Below are positions 1 to 13,336 of a DNA stretch of 64,000 bases, in pieces. The stretch covers positions 8,494,001 through 8,558,000 of the forward strand of contig OX597826.1 of assembly GCA_951406725.2 (NCBI GenBank), in the 5' to 3' direction. Each line of letters opens with the position of its first letter. Position 1 is the first letter of the stretch. The DNA is from Octopus vulgaris. Lineage: Eukaryota. Under the pieces are notes generated by a model, which worked only from the letters and a program-made list of their open reading frames with translations, was not told where the DNA came from and made no database searches. A program made the translations under genes and the position numbers.

Positions 1-1174
1 TGCAAGATTTGAACTCAGTACGTAAAGAGCTGTAGGGAATACTGCAAATCATTTTTCCCAGGCTGTAATGATTCTGACTTAAATAACTTCCAGTTTAGGC
101 ACAAAATCAGTAATTTTGATGAGAAGGTATTCGTGCTTCTCCACATTAATCGTTGATCCTATCATCGCCTCACGTTTGTTTCGAAAACGAGCCAACCACA
201 CCAACTTAAGTTTTTGTTGGTCACCGTTATGGTGACGTTGACCACATATGCCATCATGGTTTCCCAACGACCCAGTTCAAGCAGGATGCCTATTAACAAC
301 TCCAGTTTTTGCGGCAAAACTCGAGAATCAGTACACAAATAAGAGATAGAAAGGCATCGCGTGAAATGAAATTACTGGTAGGGAGGCATTTAGCCTGATA
401 CTGAATAGGTTCCATCTGTTACTGTTAAAGACTTACCAATCTGTTACTGTTAAAGACTTGCCAATCTTTAAAGTCTTAGTTCGCATGCCTTGGTCAGCCT
501 AGCCTATCGAACGGTTTTTGTCCCTCAATGTCTAAGACGCTAAACACTAACTTCGACCTGTCTGGTTGATGAAACTTCTGCAAAAGAATAGAGTCTGGAA
601 ACGAGTTTGTTGTTATCATTATTATTTATGGTGCCTTATGTCATAAATTCATTACAGTTTCTTGTAAATAAATGCATTCTGCTAAGGAAGTGTGTTTTCT
701 TTCTTCTTATTTTTTCTCATGTCTGTAAAAACAGGTTTGTCTTCGTGAGAATGTTTTCTTTTCTTTTTTTAAATATGCAAGTTTTAAACGCTGCAGACAT
801 TCACTTTGTTTACGAGTGATAGATGTGAAAAAAAAATTCTTTCGGAAATTAAAATGTTTTTCACCAAGCGAAACTTATTAAAACAAAATTAAATTTCCAC
901 AGTTCTATTTTCGAATGCATCATTTAAAAAAGTATATTTTTCGTACACTAGTAATCCATAGTACGAGAGAATCGGAGGAAATACGTCCGAATATCTCATA
1001 GCAGATAGCATAAAAACAGTAGCAGCAACAACATTAATAATAATCTTTTCTACTATAGGCATAAGGCCTGAAATTTTATGAGAGGGTGATCCCATCAACT
1101 GCAGGACTTATGGTTATCGACCTCTAAAGGATGAAAAGCTAAGTCGACCTCAGCTGAACAACAACAACAACAAC

Positions 1175-1283
<109 letters not shown>

Positions 1284-1284
1284 G

Positions 1285-1455
1285 TTTCAAATTTTGAGAC
1301 AATGCCAGCAATTTCGGTGAGAGAGACTGAGTTGATTACATCGACCTCCAGTATTTAACAGATTCTTATTTTACCGACCCCGGAAGGATGGATGTCAACC
1401 TCGGCGGAATTTGATCTCAGAACGTAAAGTTGGAGGAAATGCTAACGATTCTACC
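1285..1455 (-). mobile_element. SINE family C (tRNA-derived), degenerate copy; related fragments at ~1-80, ~1050-1155, ~3560-3685
   Basis: Reverse complement matches the clearer copy at 20512-20725 (ttctgag.tcaaattccgccgaggtcgac...catcc.t.cggggtcg.taaa...agtacc). Confidence 0.7.
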
Positions 1456-1469
1456 ATTTCATCTGTCTG

Positions 1470-3160
1470 TTCACACGCAGGACTACCAAATCCCCATCTG
1501 GGTCCAGGAAGATGGCGCTTATCTTGGGATTCACACCTTTCCAGAACAATACCACAGTTCATTCCCTATTCCTGGTTGATATGGCGATAAGTAAATCTCG
1601 TGTATACTGACAATTAGAATGAAGGCTTGGCGGTTGGAAGGTCCGGTCTCACTGATAGCCACGGTGTCTATACTTAATGACCTTAGGCCAGTGTGTAGGT
1701 GGTCCTGTTTCCAGTGCAACCCCATGTCGCGTGTATTTATATTGTCTTTTTCTTTAATCACCAGGATTCATTCTGGTGGTTTTTCCCAAACTGCTTTCCT
1801 AACTAAACGAATTTTCACCGTCGGAGACATCTGTGGTAGGGGCAAAAATATGTCTGCACAGTCGTGCATTTCTAAGCTGGGGGTCGGGTCGATTGGCGTA
1901 GGTGAGGCTTCTTTTGTGTGCGGTGGTGAAGCTTATATTTTTGTTTTTCTCGGGTGAGGTACCGGTGCTTGCTGCCGACGTTGTTAGGAAGTCGGGGACA
2001 ACAAACAGGAAGAAAGAGTGAGAGAAAGTTGGGGCAAAAGAGTACAACAGGGGTCGCCACCACCCCCTGCCGGAGCCTCGTGGAGCTTCAGGTGTTTTCG
2101 CTCAATAAACACACACAACGCCCGGTCTGGGAATCGAAACCGCGATCCACCGACCGCGAGTCCACTGCCCTAACCATTGGGCCATTGCGCTGTTGGTGCT
2201 GTCGTTGGTGGTGCTGCTGATGTTGCTTCTAATACTGATACTATTGTTACTGTGTTAGAGGTGTCGTTAAAGCCTTTACGTGGTTTGTCGTGCCCCAAAT
2301 GTGACATCTCGGTTTTTTTACTTTGCCTGCTACGAATAGCTGTGTACCATTAGGGAGGTTGATCAGATCATGATTACTTCGATACTATTCTGATCGGTCT
2401 GCATTAATAACTCCTTTCCTGACCAATTTTCCTTTCCGTTTTGTGTACTTGACATAATTGTTGGTTTATTCTCTCTGCAATATAATACGGCTGCCAGCCG
2501 CAGAGAGATGTTCACTTTCGGTGGCACTTTCTGGTGGTACCACACTCCGATCGAGCTATGTCCGAATTAGTCATAATTCCTGACTTTTGAGAGTTGTTGT
2601 TGCATTTTCTTTGGATTTTTCTTCGGTTTGGGATGAGGCCTCTAGAGTACCAAAGAGTCTCCCACGGGTAACAAAAGGATTTTCCCACAGAACGGCTTCA
2701 GGCATTTTTCACTCTGAAACTACGTTACTCACTCCACTATCCTGAATTTTGATGGAATACATTTGCAGATAATAGTGGGGGTTTTTTTCTGTTCCTGGTA
2801 TCTTGTATTGTCTTTGGCGTGTTTAGAAATATTGTTCCCTCATTCTTTGTTAAGTGCGATTTGGCTTCACTCAATGTTTTATCCGACCCGTCAACTTTCT
2901 CCAGTCGACGAACCGCTTGTGCGAAACCGTTTCTACTTTGTTTAGAGACCCGAAAGGTTGCTGTTTCTGTTCTATTGCCGCTTGTGATAATGGTGGTAGC
3001 GGTGGTGAATTTACTGTTACCACTGGTAGAGCTAGTGGTGGTGCAGGTCCTACTAGCGTTCTTGTTGCTTTTTTCATGTCATTGTTCTCTTTTATTTTTC
3101 CTGTGATGGCGACAGCGGTGTTGAAATTTTAGCAGAGGAAAATTAGCTTTCATAATTTTC
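1470..3160 (-). mobile_element. Degenerate Tx1/L1-like LINE 5' part: ORF1 remnant plus start of ORF2 APE endonuclease
   Basis: ORF 1531-1761 reads INTRDMGLHWKQDHLHTGLRSLSIDTVAISET, which resembles the APE N-terminus (NxRG...DIxxIxET). A decayed zinc knuckle KPRCHIWGTTNH lies at ~2270-2315. Interrupted by a SINE at 1993-2190. Boundaries approximate. Confidence 0.5.
1993..2190 (-). mobile_element. SINE family B (tRNA-derived head), variant body
   Basis: Minus strand gcgcaatggcccaatggttagggcag (A box) and ggtttcgattccc (B box). Same head as 47581-47885, 35370-35706 and 63611-63919. Confidence 0.85.
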
Positions 3161-3235
3161 CGTGCTGTGCGGTTGTTACTATTATTGTCGTTGTTATTAC
3201 AGTTGCTACTGCTTCTGATGCTGCCACTACTACTA

Positions 3236-3279
<44 letters not shown>

Positions 3280-3426
3280 ACTACTACTTCTACTACTACT
3301 ACTACTACTACTACTGTCACTGATTTTTACAATTTCGCTGTTCCGTTCTGTTGAGAGCTGGCTCTTCTTTTCATTAGATAAACAATCTTACGGAAGCGAT
3401 GTATATGTTTCAACAGACTAACAAAC

Positions 3427-3548
<122 letters not shown>

Positions 3549-3689
3549 AAGCCTTTTTATTACAGGCATAATGCCTGAAATTTGGAAGAGGTTGATAGTC
3601 GATTAAATTGAGCCCAGTACTCAGGAGGTACTTAATTTATCGACCGCGAAAGGCTGAAAGGCAAAGTGAACCACGGTGGACCTCAGAGA

Positions 3690-3726
<37 letters not shown>

Positions 3727-3984
3727 TAGTTTTGATGATGATCGTGATATCTTTTCTTTGCCCCCGGGTTATCAGATGTGAGGAACATTATAAGGACAGT
3801 ATATTAGAATTTGTGTGGAGCTTTACATGATAAATGAGAGGAAGAAAGGCAGAGGCAGCTGAAATGAGATAAAATGATACATAGCATTCAGAATATATGA
3901 GCACATCTATTATGCATACATACTAATATGGGAGAACTTCCAAAAAGGGTCCCTCAAAGAACTCCACAAATCTATAATGGCGCT

Positions 3985-4460
3985 TTGTCGTGGTGTGAAA
4001 GATGGCTTACAGCAAATATTCTGTTCAGTACTACAGATTTTCTTATCAGTTACTTGACCTTAACCACTTCAGCATGTCCCTTAGGGGCTGATAATATGAA
4101 CATCTCTGATCACGAGCAGAAGTAGTGGGGGAGCATCATAGCCATGTGTTGAGAGGGATTCTTTGGGGTTTGAATAATTCACCTCTGGAAACATGGGTGG
4201 TTCTTTCAACGTCCTTAAACAACCCTTATTCAGGGACCTTTTGAGCGGGATGGGCTACTCAACCTGAAGAAAATTCTAACTGGGCCCCACCTGCAAGGTC
4301 ATGTGCTGTTTATCTTGATATGAGATCACCATGTCGCGCACATATGGTTGTGATGCATGTGCCTGGTGTACCCTTATCAGACGGGTAGTCATGATGGGTA
4401 TATTGGGCTTCGTATATTTTACCCCAGTGTCACTTTGATGGCATGCACTCTCTCTAACTC
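3985..4460 (+). mobile_element. Family D non-coding retroposon ending in (AAT)n (probable R4/Dong-type 3' UTR or non-autonomous derivative)
   Basis: Close copies at 4578-4957, 33660-34184 and 14748-14836. All end ...ctc-aataat and have variable 5' ends. Confidence 0.75.
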
Positions 4461-4535
<75 letters not shown>

Positions 4536-4577
4536 GATGATGATGATGATAATAATAATAATAATAATAATAATAAT

Positions 4578-4957
4578 GCCCTTTAGTGTGGCTGATGTCA
4601 CGTGTATCTCTGATCACGAGCATAAGTAGTAGAGGAGTATCATAGCCATGTGTTGAGAGGAATTCCTTGGGGTTTCGATAATTCACCTTTTGAAACATGG
4701 GTGTTTCGTTCAACATCCTTGAACAACCATTATTCAGGGACCTTTTGAGCGGTGTGAGCCTGAAGAAAATTCTAACTGGGCTCCACTTGCAAGATCATGC
4801 GCTGTTCATTTTGATATGAGATCACCAGGTCGCGCACATATGGTTGTGATGCATGTGCCTGGGGTACCCTTATCAGACGGGTAGTCTTGACGGGTATACT
4901 GGGCTTCGTATATTTTACCCCAGTGTCACTTTGATGGCATGTACTGCTCTCTCACTC
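4578..4957 (+). mobile_element. Family D copy, 5'-truncated, flanked by (AAT)n on both sides
   Basis: Colinear with 4078-4460. Starts directly after an (AAT)n tract and ends ctctctcactc(AAT)n. Confidence 0.8.
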
Positions 4958-5013
<56 letters not shown>

Positions 5014-6783
5014 TGATGATGATGATGGCAGTTTTGTGTGATAAATCATTCTCATTTTCTTTTATTTGGCGGTTGTTTACGCTCTGTTAATAATTTTGTT
5101 GTCCGTAGTAATGCTCTAGTTGAACTTGATGTCAGAAATGTTGTTGTTGACAGTTTTGTCTCCTGGGTCTAAGTTTATTCTACTTAGCTGTCTTATCTAA
5201 TTAATTTAGTTTTTTCAAAATTTGTATTTTCGTTTTTTTTTATCATTTTTATTAATGGTTTTTCTTTTAGGTTTTTTTACGTTTTTTTGTTGTTGTAATC
5301 TCTATTATATTAAACGCGAATTCGCCGTCTGACTCCGGTCATCTGAGGCGAGTTTCCAAATTTTCATGTCAGTAATTTGCTGCCAGTCATGTCTATATTC
5401 TTGTGTCTCGGTGTTTATGTCTCAGCCTGCATGTATGTGTTTATGTGAGAGTGTATATAATTTTGTCTGTGTGTGTGTGTGTGTGTGTATCATTCTGCGT
5501 TTTGTAAACCAAACGAACAAACTGAAGCAGCAGTAATGTGCTGTAAACAGCATGTCAGTCAGCCCGTAGCTGTTCAATGCTGTATATGTCTGTGTGTCCG
5601 ATAACTAATTCAACTGAAAAAAGTGTGGAGAGGTAGGAGGAGTAGGAGGGGAAGAGTGAGACTGCTGTCTGTCTGTGTTTATTTGCTTTAAACGGTTTAG
5701 TACGTACCAACTTCTGGCCAACTGACGTCATGTCTTCTCACGTTGTCTTTTCTGCTCTACTGCAATGGCATCTGCTTCTTAGAGCTGGAGAATTGAGTAA
5801 CACTTAGTCAGATACTCATAACTCTTACCTTTCTCCCCACTTCCTCACCTCTATTCGGTACTATCTAAGCTAGAACCCGCACCAACATCTATTTTTCTGT
5901 CCATTCTGTCTGGAGGACCCCAGCGGGATAACCTCCTCCGAAAAATAATCTCCGTCTCCATGCTATTTAATTCCTGCATCCATCAATGTACATATGTCCA
6001 AAAAGGACATCGGCCGTGTCAAACTCATTGGTCTTCAGCCATGACAGCAATACGTAGAGCAAATATTTTAATTTGCTTAATCTAGAAGCAAGTCCTTTGC
6101 AGGCCCTTCGAGAATGGGGAGCCTGATGCCGTTGAAGTTCCTTTAAACTGCTGCAAGTAGCAAAGATAAGAGCAGGATGAAGATTTCAAAGGGATGACGT
6201 TTGGAGGAGGAAGAACTGGAAATGGTAACAGTGCGGGGCTAGAATTGTTAGATGCTATATGCGAGACAATATGCTGTTTGATAAATAGTTTGACTATGTT
6301 TGAGTTGTAGAAGCACAAAATCAGCTTGCTCTAAGAAACGGAGATCATTATATAAGAGACTATAAAATGTATTTTAAAACAAAAACAGAAAAAAAATAAT
6401 AAAACACGGTTTCGATAGTTTATGAAAGTTTGGCAAAAACTTTAAGTGTTTTAAGCAACGCACGATATTACGCAAACTTCAGCGATGCATGAAATTGCGA
6501 CCTATGTGCCGTGACTAAATGTGACAAGAGTTAATCCAATTACCTCCTTTGTCGGTGACTGAGTTTAGTGCAGTTTTAATATCACATTGTATAATTAATT
6601 CACTCATTTATAGATTCCGATTAATCTTCTTTAAATATAATGAGTTGTAGTAAGAGCTTAAAATCGATAAAGCAACAGTATGGCGGACTGATGGCTGCAA
6701 GTGCTCCTACTTCGATGCTCTTGCTCTTGCCTAAACAGTAACTATGACAAGTATGAGTAACTCAGTATTTCGCTATATTTAGA

Positions 6784-7205
6784 TACTCTTTACTCTTTAC
6801 TCTTTTACTTGTTTCAGCCATTTGATTGCGGCCATGCTGGAGCACCGCCTTTAGTCGAGCAAATCCACCACAGAACTTATTCTTTGTAAGCCTAGTACTT
6901 ATTTCTATCGATTTCTTTTGCCGAACCTCTACGTTACAGGGACGTAAACACTCCAACAGTGGTTGTCAAGCGATGTTGGAGGAAAAAACAGACACACAAA
7001 CATATACACACGCATATATATATATATATATTGCATATATACGACGGGCTTCTTTCAGTTTCCGTTTACCAAATCCACTCACAAGGCTTTGGTCGGCCCG
7101 AGGTTATAGTAGAAGACACTTGCCCAAGGTGCCATGCAATGGGACTGAACCCGGAACCATGTGGTTGGTAAGCAAGCTACTTACCACACAGCCACTCCTA
7201 CGCCT
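6784..7205 (-). mobile_element. SINE family A, full length (tRNA head, internal microsatellite, CR1-like tail)
   Basis: Minus-strand head aggcgtaggagtggctgtgtggtaag (A box) and ggttcagtcc (B box), then ccttgggcaag, internal (TA)/(TG) run and (GAGTAAA)n-like tail. More than 12 copies in the window. Confidence 0.9.
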
Positions 7206-7539
7206 AGGTTGCTTCGATCTCGGTGGAAATGGAAAATGGTAGTAGACCTAACTTGAATTTGAACCCACCATGTACAGGGTTTGAATAATATACTCCTATA
7301 TAACCTACTTAGACATACTACAGCTTTTGCTCCAGCATGGTCACAGTCGAACAAGTCAAAGACAAAAAATGAACATCAATATTGTTGAGGGGCTGTGAGA
7401 TTGTGGCCTGCAGTGTTGATGAGGAAAGGGTGAAGTATTAGTATAAAGCCAGACTTTCAATTCACTTCACAAACGACCATTTTACTTCTTAAAAAAAGTG
7501 GGGTCGAAATTTGTGTGAGAAGCCCTTATCTAATTATAA

Positions 7540-7714
7540 TGGCACAGATGTTGCTATGTGGTTAAGAAGTTTGTTTCCAACCACATGGCTCTAGAATCAG
7601 TCGTACTGCGTGGTACCTTGGGCAAGTGCCCTCTATCATAACCCCGGACCGAGCAATGACTTGTGAGTGGAGCTGGTAGACAGAAAACGAAAGAAGTCCA
7701 TGGTGTGCGTATGC

Positions 7715-7795
<81 letters not shown>
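7540..7795 (+). mobile_element. SINE family A, diverged 5' half ending in (TG)n
   Basis: gctatgtggttaagaagtttg...ccaaccacatgg...ccttgggcaagtg...ttgtgagtgga. Confidence 0.75.
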
Positions 7796-7797
<2 letters not shown>

Positions 7798-8299
7798 TCA
7801 ATATACTCCATCCGATCCATGCAAGCACGGAAAAGTGGACTCCAAAACGATGAATATGATTGACAATGAGACAATACATAGAATCTATTGATTTTGTTAT
7901 CTTTCGAAAGGGCCGTTTCAAAAACTATCGTTAGCATAAATATGGCGGTCATTTTAATAAACAGTATTGAAATTTTAACCCTTACATGTTTACATGAAGA
8001 AGTTGAATGTTAATATTGTCATATAAACCATTCAACGATTTGTAATGTATACCACAGCCCAGTGAATTGTTTGCAAATATGGAAATCAGATATTTGTCTT
8101 CTAAAGATTTCTATTTATGTTTCGTTTTCATCACGAACCATAAAGCGCCCACCAGTACATACTAAATAGGAATTTGTTGCATGTTATAAGAGTGTCTCCT
8201 ATTTTGTATTTCTCGGTTCAATTCCAACAATAAGTTTGAACGATCGATTTGCATATGGTTCGACTGACCTGTAACATACTTTATTTATAAATTGATCTA

Positions 8300-8870
8300 A
8301 GTCGGTGAGCTGTTAAAATCGTTAGTTCACCGGACAAAATGCTTAGCGATATTTTCCTGTCTTCTCGACGGGGTCAATCTTGCTCTTTTACTCTTTTATT
8401 TGTTTCAGTCATTTGACTGCAGCCATGCTGGAGCACCGCTTTTAGTCGAGAAAATCGCCCCCAGGACTTATTCTTTGCAAGCCTAGTACTTATTCTACCG
8501 GTCTCTTTTGCCGAACCGCTAAGTTACGCGAACGTAAACACACCAGCTTCGGTTGTCAAGCGATGTTGGGGGGACAAACACAGACACACAAACACACACA
8601 CACACATACACATATATGCATATACATATACACGACGGGCTTCTTTGAGTTTCCATCTACCAAATCCACTCACAAGGCTTCGGTCGGTACGAGGTTATAG
8701 TAGAATACACTTGCCCAAGGTGCCACACAGTGGGATAGATCCCCGGAACCATGTGGTTGGTAAGCAAGCTACTTACCACACAGCCACTCCAGCGTCTACA
8801 AGCTGGGGTTAATATAATCGACTAGCCCCCTCCCCCAAACTTTCAGGTTTTTGCCTATAGAAGAAAATAT
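8300..8870 (+). mobile_element. SINE family C copy interrupted by the family A copy at 8383-8797
   Basis: C head (ggtgagctg..aaatcgttag...aaatgcttagc) at 8300-8382 and C tail (ctgggg..aatataatcgactag...tttcagg) at 8800-8870. A further diverged C copy lies at ~8888-9080. Confidence 0.65.
8383..8797 (-). mobile_element. SINE family A, full length
   Basis: Colinear with 6784-7205. Confidence 0.9.
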
Positions 8871-9359
8871 TTATAGGTTGATCCAAAGCGACGAATTGAC
8901 AAAATTGTTACCACGCTGGGCAAAATGCTTAGCAGCATTTATTCCAGCTCTTTAACTTTTAATTTCGAATGCCACCGAGATCGTCTTCGCTTGTCATTCT
9001 TTCGGTGTCGGCAAAATAAGTAATAGTTCAGTACTGATGTAATCTTACTCCTCCTCTCAAAATTATTGATCTTGTGTCAGAGAAATTTTATTTAATGAAT
9101 CCTTTTGTAAGGCTGTGATGTGTGATTTTGAGGGAGAAGAGACAGCTATTTCTTGCCTGAAATGGTACGTATTCGTAGTTTGATAAAATGACTTGTTTTT
9201 AGTTGACATTTAACACAGTAAGCTGATTGCTTTCAACAGCTTGTTGACTTCAAAAAACAAAAAGATTTCCTCCTGAATACATATATACATACAGACAAAC
9301 AAACAGACAAACATACGTACGGTCAGTCAGACCAACAAATTTGTCGACTGCTCAGCATG

Positions 9360-10122
9360 TTAGGGACAGTTGGGCACTGTCTGTGAGAAAAACAACACCA
9401 TGATGCAATTCATCCAGCCAGAGATTTGGTAGCGACATCCTGTACTGCGTAGCATTCACGCCAGAAGCTTTAATGCAAACATTTGAGAGTGTTTCGGTGT
9501 CAATCTGACGACAGTGCAGTCTGAGGACATGTACCGAGAATGATAAAAACCAAACGCCCAGTCAACATCCTGGTGTTTGAACCGATCACTAGTGATGGCA
9601 ACATTATGCCTCCATTCATCTTCCCTCACGGCCTTACACTCAACAGGAAGACCTACACCAAGTAGGTAAATAGCATGACTATTGGAAGGCCCTATGCCTG
9701 GCAACAGGACTCTGCACCATGGCACACAAGCAGGAGAACACAGTCATGGCTGTCAGACAATTTCTGCGACCACATCACCCCTAACACCTAGCCACTTAAC
9801 TCCCCAGACTGCAATCCCTTTGATCATTATGTGTGGGGAGAGACCAACAAAACTCCTTGTAACACCAAAGATGAACTGAAGGCAAGGGTTATGACAGCAT
9901 TTAGCAACTTAAACAAGGAGTCACTCCAGAAGATTTACCAGAAATTCCGAATTCATCTGGTGGCTAAAGTCAAAGGCGTTTTTATTGAATAAATGTAATC
10001 TTTAGCATTTCAATTTTTTTTTTTTTTTTGTGATTTTGGTAAATATATCTGTTAAAATGAGATGTCAGTGTTATTTTCATTTTTGCGTAATTTAAAAGAC
10101 CACTTCTTCACCGCAGCCTGTC
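9360..10122 (+). mobile_element. Tc1/mariner superfamily DD37D (maT-like) transposon remnant, internally deleted
   Basis: Translates GRPYAWQQDSAPWHTSRRTQSWLSDNFCDHITPNT*PLNSPDCNPFDHYVW, with 37 residues between the second and third catalytic Asp. In-frame stop present. Confidence 0.8.
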
Positions 10123-10410
10123 CGACGCGTGTTGAGACCACATTAACATCATATTGTTGCATGTTTATATACAGCGATTCATGCATCGGATGGGCGTTAA
10201 AGGAAATTTACCAAAGAGACGCTCCATTTGAAGAAACAGCTTTGGCATTTTACTAAGAGAAATTCAGTATCTGCCTGGACATTATGCCCCTCCTCTTACT
10301 ATATATATACACACACACATATATATATATGTATATGTATGTATCTGTGTATGTATATATATGCATATGTGTATATATATGTATATACAGATATGTATAT
10401 ATATATATAA

Positions 10411-10499
<89 letters not shown>

Positions 10500-10502
10500 A
10501 CA

Positions 10503-11045
10503 GAAAAATAAGAAAAGAGAAATAAATCAATTATTAATTATAGTTATTAATTACAAAAATAAACATACTCGCTGACAGCTGTTTCGATTCAGCCTTTAAA
10601 TATTTTAACTGACATAAATCATTATAAAGAAGAATTTCGTCGAAGCTAGAAAAAAAAAGATATTCCATTGCATATTTATGTTAAGTGTACGAAAAATTTC
10701 AGCTAACTTAAATGCTCCGTAGACTTAACACATAAATATGCAATGGAATATCTTCTTTTTCTACCTCCGACGAAATTCTACTTTATAATGATTTAATTAT
10801 GTTAGTTAAAATATGTAAAGTCTGAATCGAAACAGGTGTTCAGGGACTATGTTTATTTTTGTAATTAATAACTATAATTATTAATTGATTTATTTCTATT
10901 TTCTTATTTTTTTTAGATAAATATAAACATCGGTTTATTTGAATATCAAAATTAATATTCAAAACGAATAGTAGGTAATAAACCAGTAAATACTTTGGAT
11001 ATTATTATTATCCCTTAATGAGGCTTATTACAGCTGTAATTGAAC
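10503..11045. repeat. Long imperfect inverted repeat (arms ~10503-10690 and ~10718-10915) with decayed hammerhead-like motifs; Penelope-type pLTR-like
   Basis: Arms are reverse complements over ~190 bp. The left arm minus strand reads cgacgaaattc...gaatcGAAACAGCTGTC. Flanked by (TA)n. Confidence 0.75.
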
Positions 11046-11135
11046 TTATATATATATATATATTTAAATGGATGAATGAATTATCCTATGTTTACCGTTA
11101 ACATGGAAAATTCAATAAACCGTTACCAGGGTAGC

Positions 11136-11235
11136 AAAATTCTTTCCTGGTGAGAAGATTGCATTTTACACCGTTTATACCTTTGGAATAAAAACATGTT
11201 GTCTTCGAAACATATGTCGAAAGTAAAAGAATTTT
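11136..11235 (+). ncRNA. Minimal type-I hammerhead ribozyme motif (A6G variant)
   Basis: tttc-CTGGTGA-gaaga...tcttc-GAAAC-ATAT-GTC-gaaa. Stems I and II pair perfectly, stem III is palindromic, and there is extra pairing aaaattct/agaatttt. Confidence 0.7.
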
Positions 11236-11272
11236 ATTAACATCTTCGTTCAACTCCATTTATTCATATATA

Positions 11273-11341
<69 letters not shown>

Positions 11342-11683
11342 ACACCTGTATTGTGCCTAATGTATTGACACCTGTACATCCTTCTTATTTACATTCTGTT
11401 CACCTAACTTGGATCTGTGCCGACTATACCAAACTAGTAAGGCACCTCAATTTAAGTACCTAATTCAACTGAATCTTAATTATATATATATAATCAAAGA
11501 AGCTAGTTCCAAAATCTCTCTAAGGGATACACACAGAAGACAAGAAATTAAATGACTCGAGTTTCCTTATTCCAGCATAGGATGTTCTAGGTCAGGTGAC
11601 CTGATCTTCACTGATCCCAGTATTACAACGATGGCTAGTATATGTATGCATCAACATGTATCTGTATTCATGTGTATATATAC

Positions 11684-11784
<101 letters not shown>

Positions 11785-11803
11785 TATATATATACATTTA
11801 TAT

Positions 11804-11854
<51 letters not shown>

Positions 11855-12341
11855 TGTATACATGTATGCTTGTACGTATGGTGTTCTTTATCTCAGTTCT
11901 TTCCATTTGGCTACCAGCTAGAATGTTATTAGGGTAGAAAGTTTTAACGTATCTTCCATGCTCTGCTTTCTTTTGTTTCGACTTCAGCGTGTTTCAATTA
12001 CCACATTCTACATGATAGCTAGCCATTTACTAATAACAGTTAAAGAAATACTGTTGAAAGAAAAGACAGGGAGAGAGAGAGAGAAAAAAAAAATACCAAC
12101 TGAAAAAGAATAGACAAAAATATAAAACCAAACAAATGAGCAAAAAAAAAAAAGAACAGATAAAAATGAAATAAACGCATTACTTAAGACAAAATATCTA
12201 CAAAGACAATGTTTGAACAGTTGAAAACAAGAAAACGCTTATCCATTTTAGATAAGACGAAAAATAAGATGTAAACAAGTTATCTGATACCCGATGTTGT
12301 ATTATTAATATTCTGACAAGTTTTCTCTCTTCTTTCCATAG

Positions 12342-12425
12342 GAAATCGATGAAATCCCTAAAGAGATGAAACAAGGTGAAAGAAAGGAAAGGAAAGAAGA
12401 AGAAGAAAAAGCAAAACACAACTAA
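12342..12425 (+). CDS. Possible short host-gene exon (EIDEIPKEMKQGERKERKEEEEKAKHN*); unverified
   Basis: Branch-like ttctgac, long pyrimidine tract and TAG acceptor at 12339-12341, in non-repeat sequence. AATAAA motifs follow near 12590. No homology recognised. Confidence 0.25.
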   Translation, partial: EIDEIPKEMKQGERKERKEEEEKAKHN

Positions 12426-13336
12426 GAAATTCTTAAGAAAACATCTTCTTTACCCACCACAACAAAAGAAAGACGCAACATTTTGTTATTGTTATTATTA
12501 TTATTATTATTTTTTATTATTTTTTTATTATATTTTCTTCTTCTGAAAGCTAGAAGAGTGATAAACACCTATATTACCAATTTCAAAAGCAATAAATAAG
12601 TAAATAAATAAATAATCGTATAATGTTTTGTTGTTGTTGCTTTAAAAAAAAAAATATATCAGAATTAACACGAATGGGTAAGGGAAAAAAAAGAGCAATG
12701 AATTGTAAATATTATTAATATAATAGAATAAAAAAAAATGTTGGCAATAAACGAGGAAGTTAATACATGAGACACAGTCGTGAACATGTTATAGAGATGG
12801 CGGCGTTGTAAATAGAAAGTTAGGAGACTAAAATAATTTTGTAAACAATATTGATTTTATATTTTGGCACAAGGCCGTTGATTCAGCCAGTAGAGATACT
12901 GAGCCGCCGATGGAATCGACTAGATTGAACAACTGGGAAAGACTCGAGTTAAATAAAAAAAATATTGCTATGGTCCCTCGACCAGTTAGATATAGCTACT
13001 AAATGCTCCGTAAATTATACTGTTTTTTTTTTATGTTGATAAAATAAGTGACTTTTATTTTGTATTTCTGTAGATGTTATTCAACCCTAGGGTAGTCCTG
13101 AATGAGGTCTAAAAAATCCAGCTGTTATCTTTTAGCGCAGTTCACCCTGATGAAAGCATTTGATGAAAGAATTTTAAGGCAAGCGGCCTGTTGATTAATT
13201 GTTGATTAAGGATTAACGATGATTAAAGATCATGCCCTAATGGTTTCGGTGTAATTGGCCCCAGTACTTGACTAGTACTTCTTTTATCGAGAAAGAAATG
13301 ATGACAAGCAGGATACATTAATCTTAATCTTATTTC

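Noticed and set aside
414-466. Tandem duplication of a 25-bp unit as a CRISPR-like array
   Set aside because: Only two adjacent units with no spacers, in eukaryotic context; simple slippage duplication.
5310-5360. GC-rich structured patch as an HDV-like or hammerhead ribozyme
   Set aside because: I could not assign the required pairings or catalytic core by eye.
11545-11620. Hammerhead candidate on the minus strand (GAAAC-TCGA-GTC)
   Set aside because: No properly placed CUGANGA with pairing stems I and II; at most a remnant.
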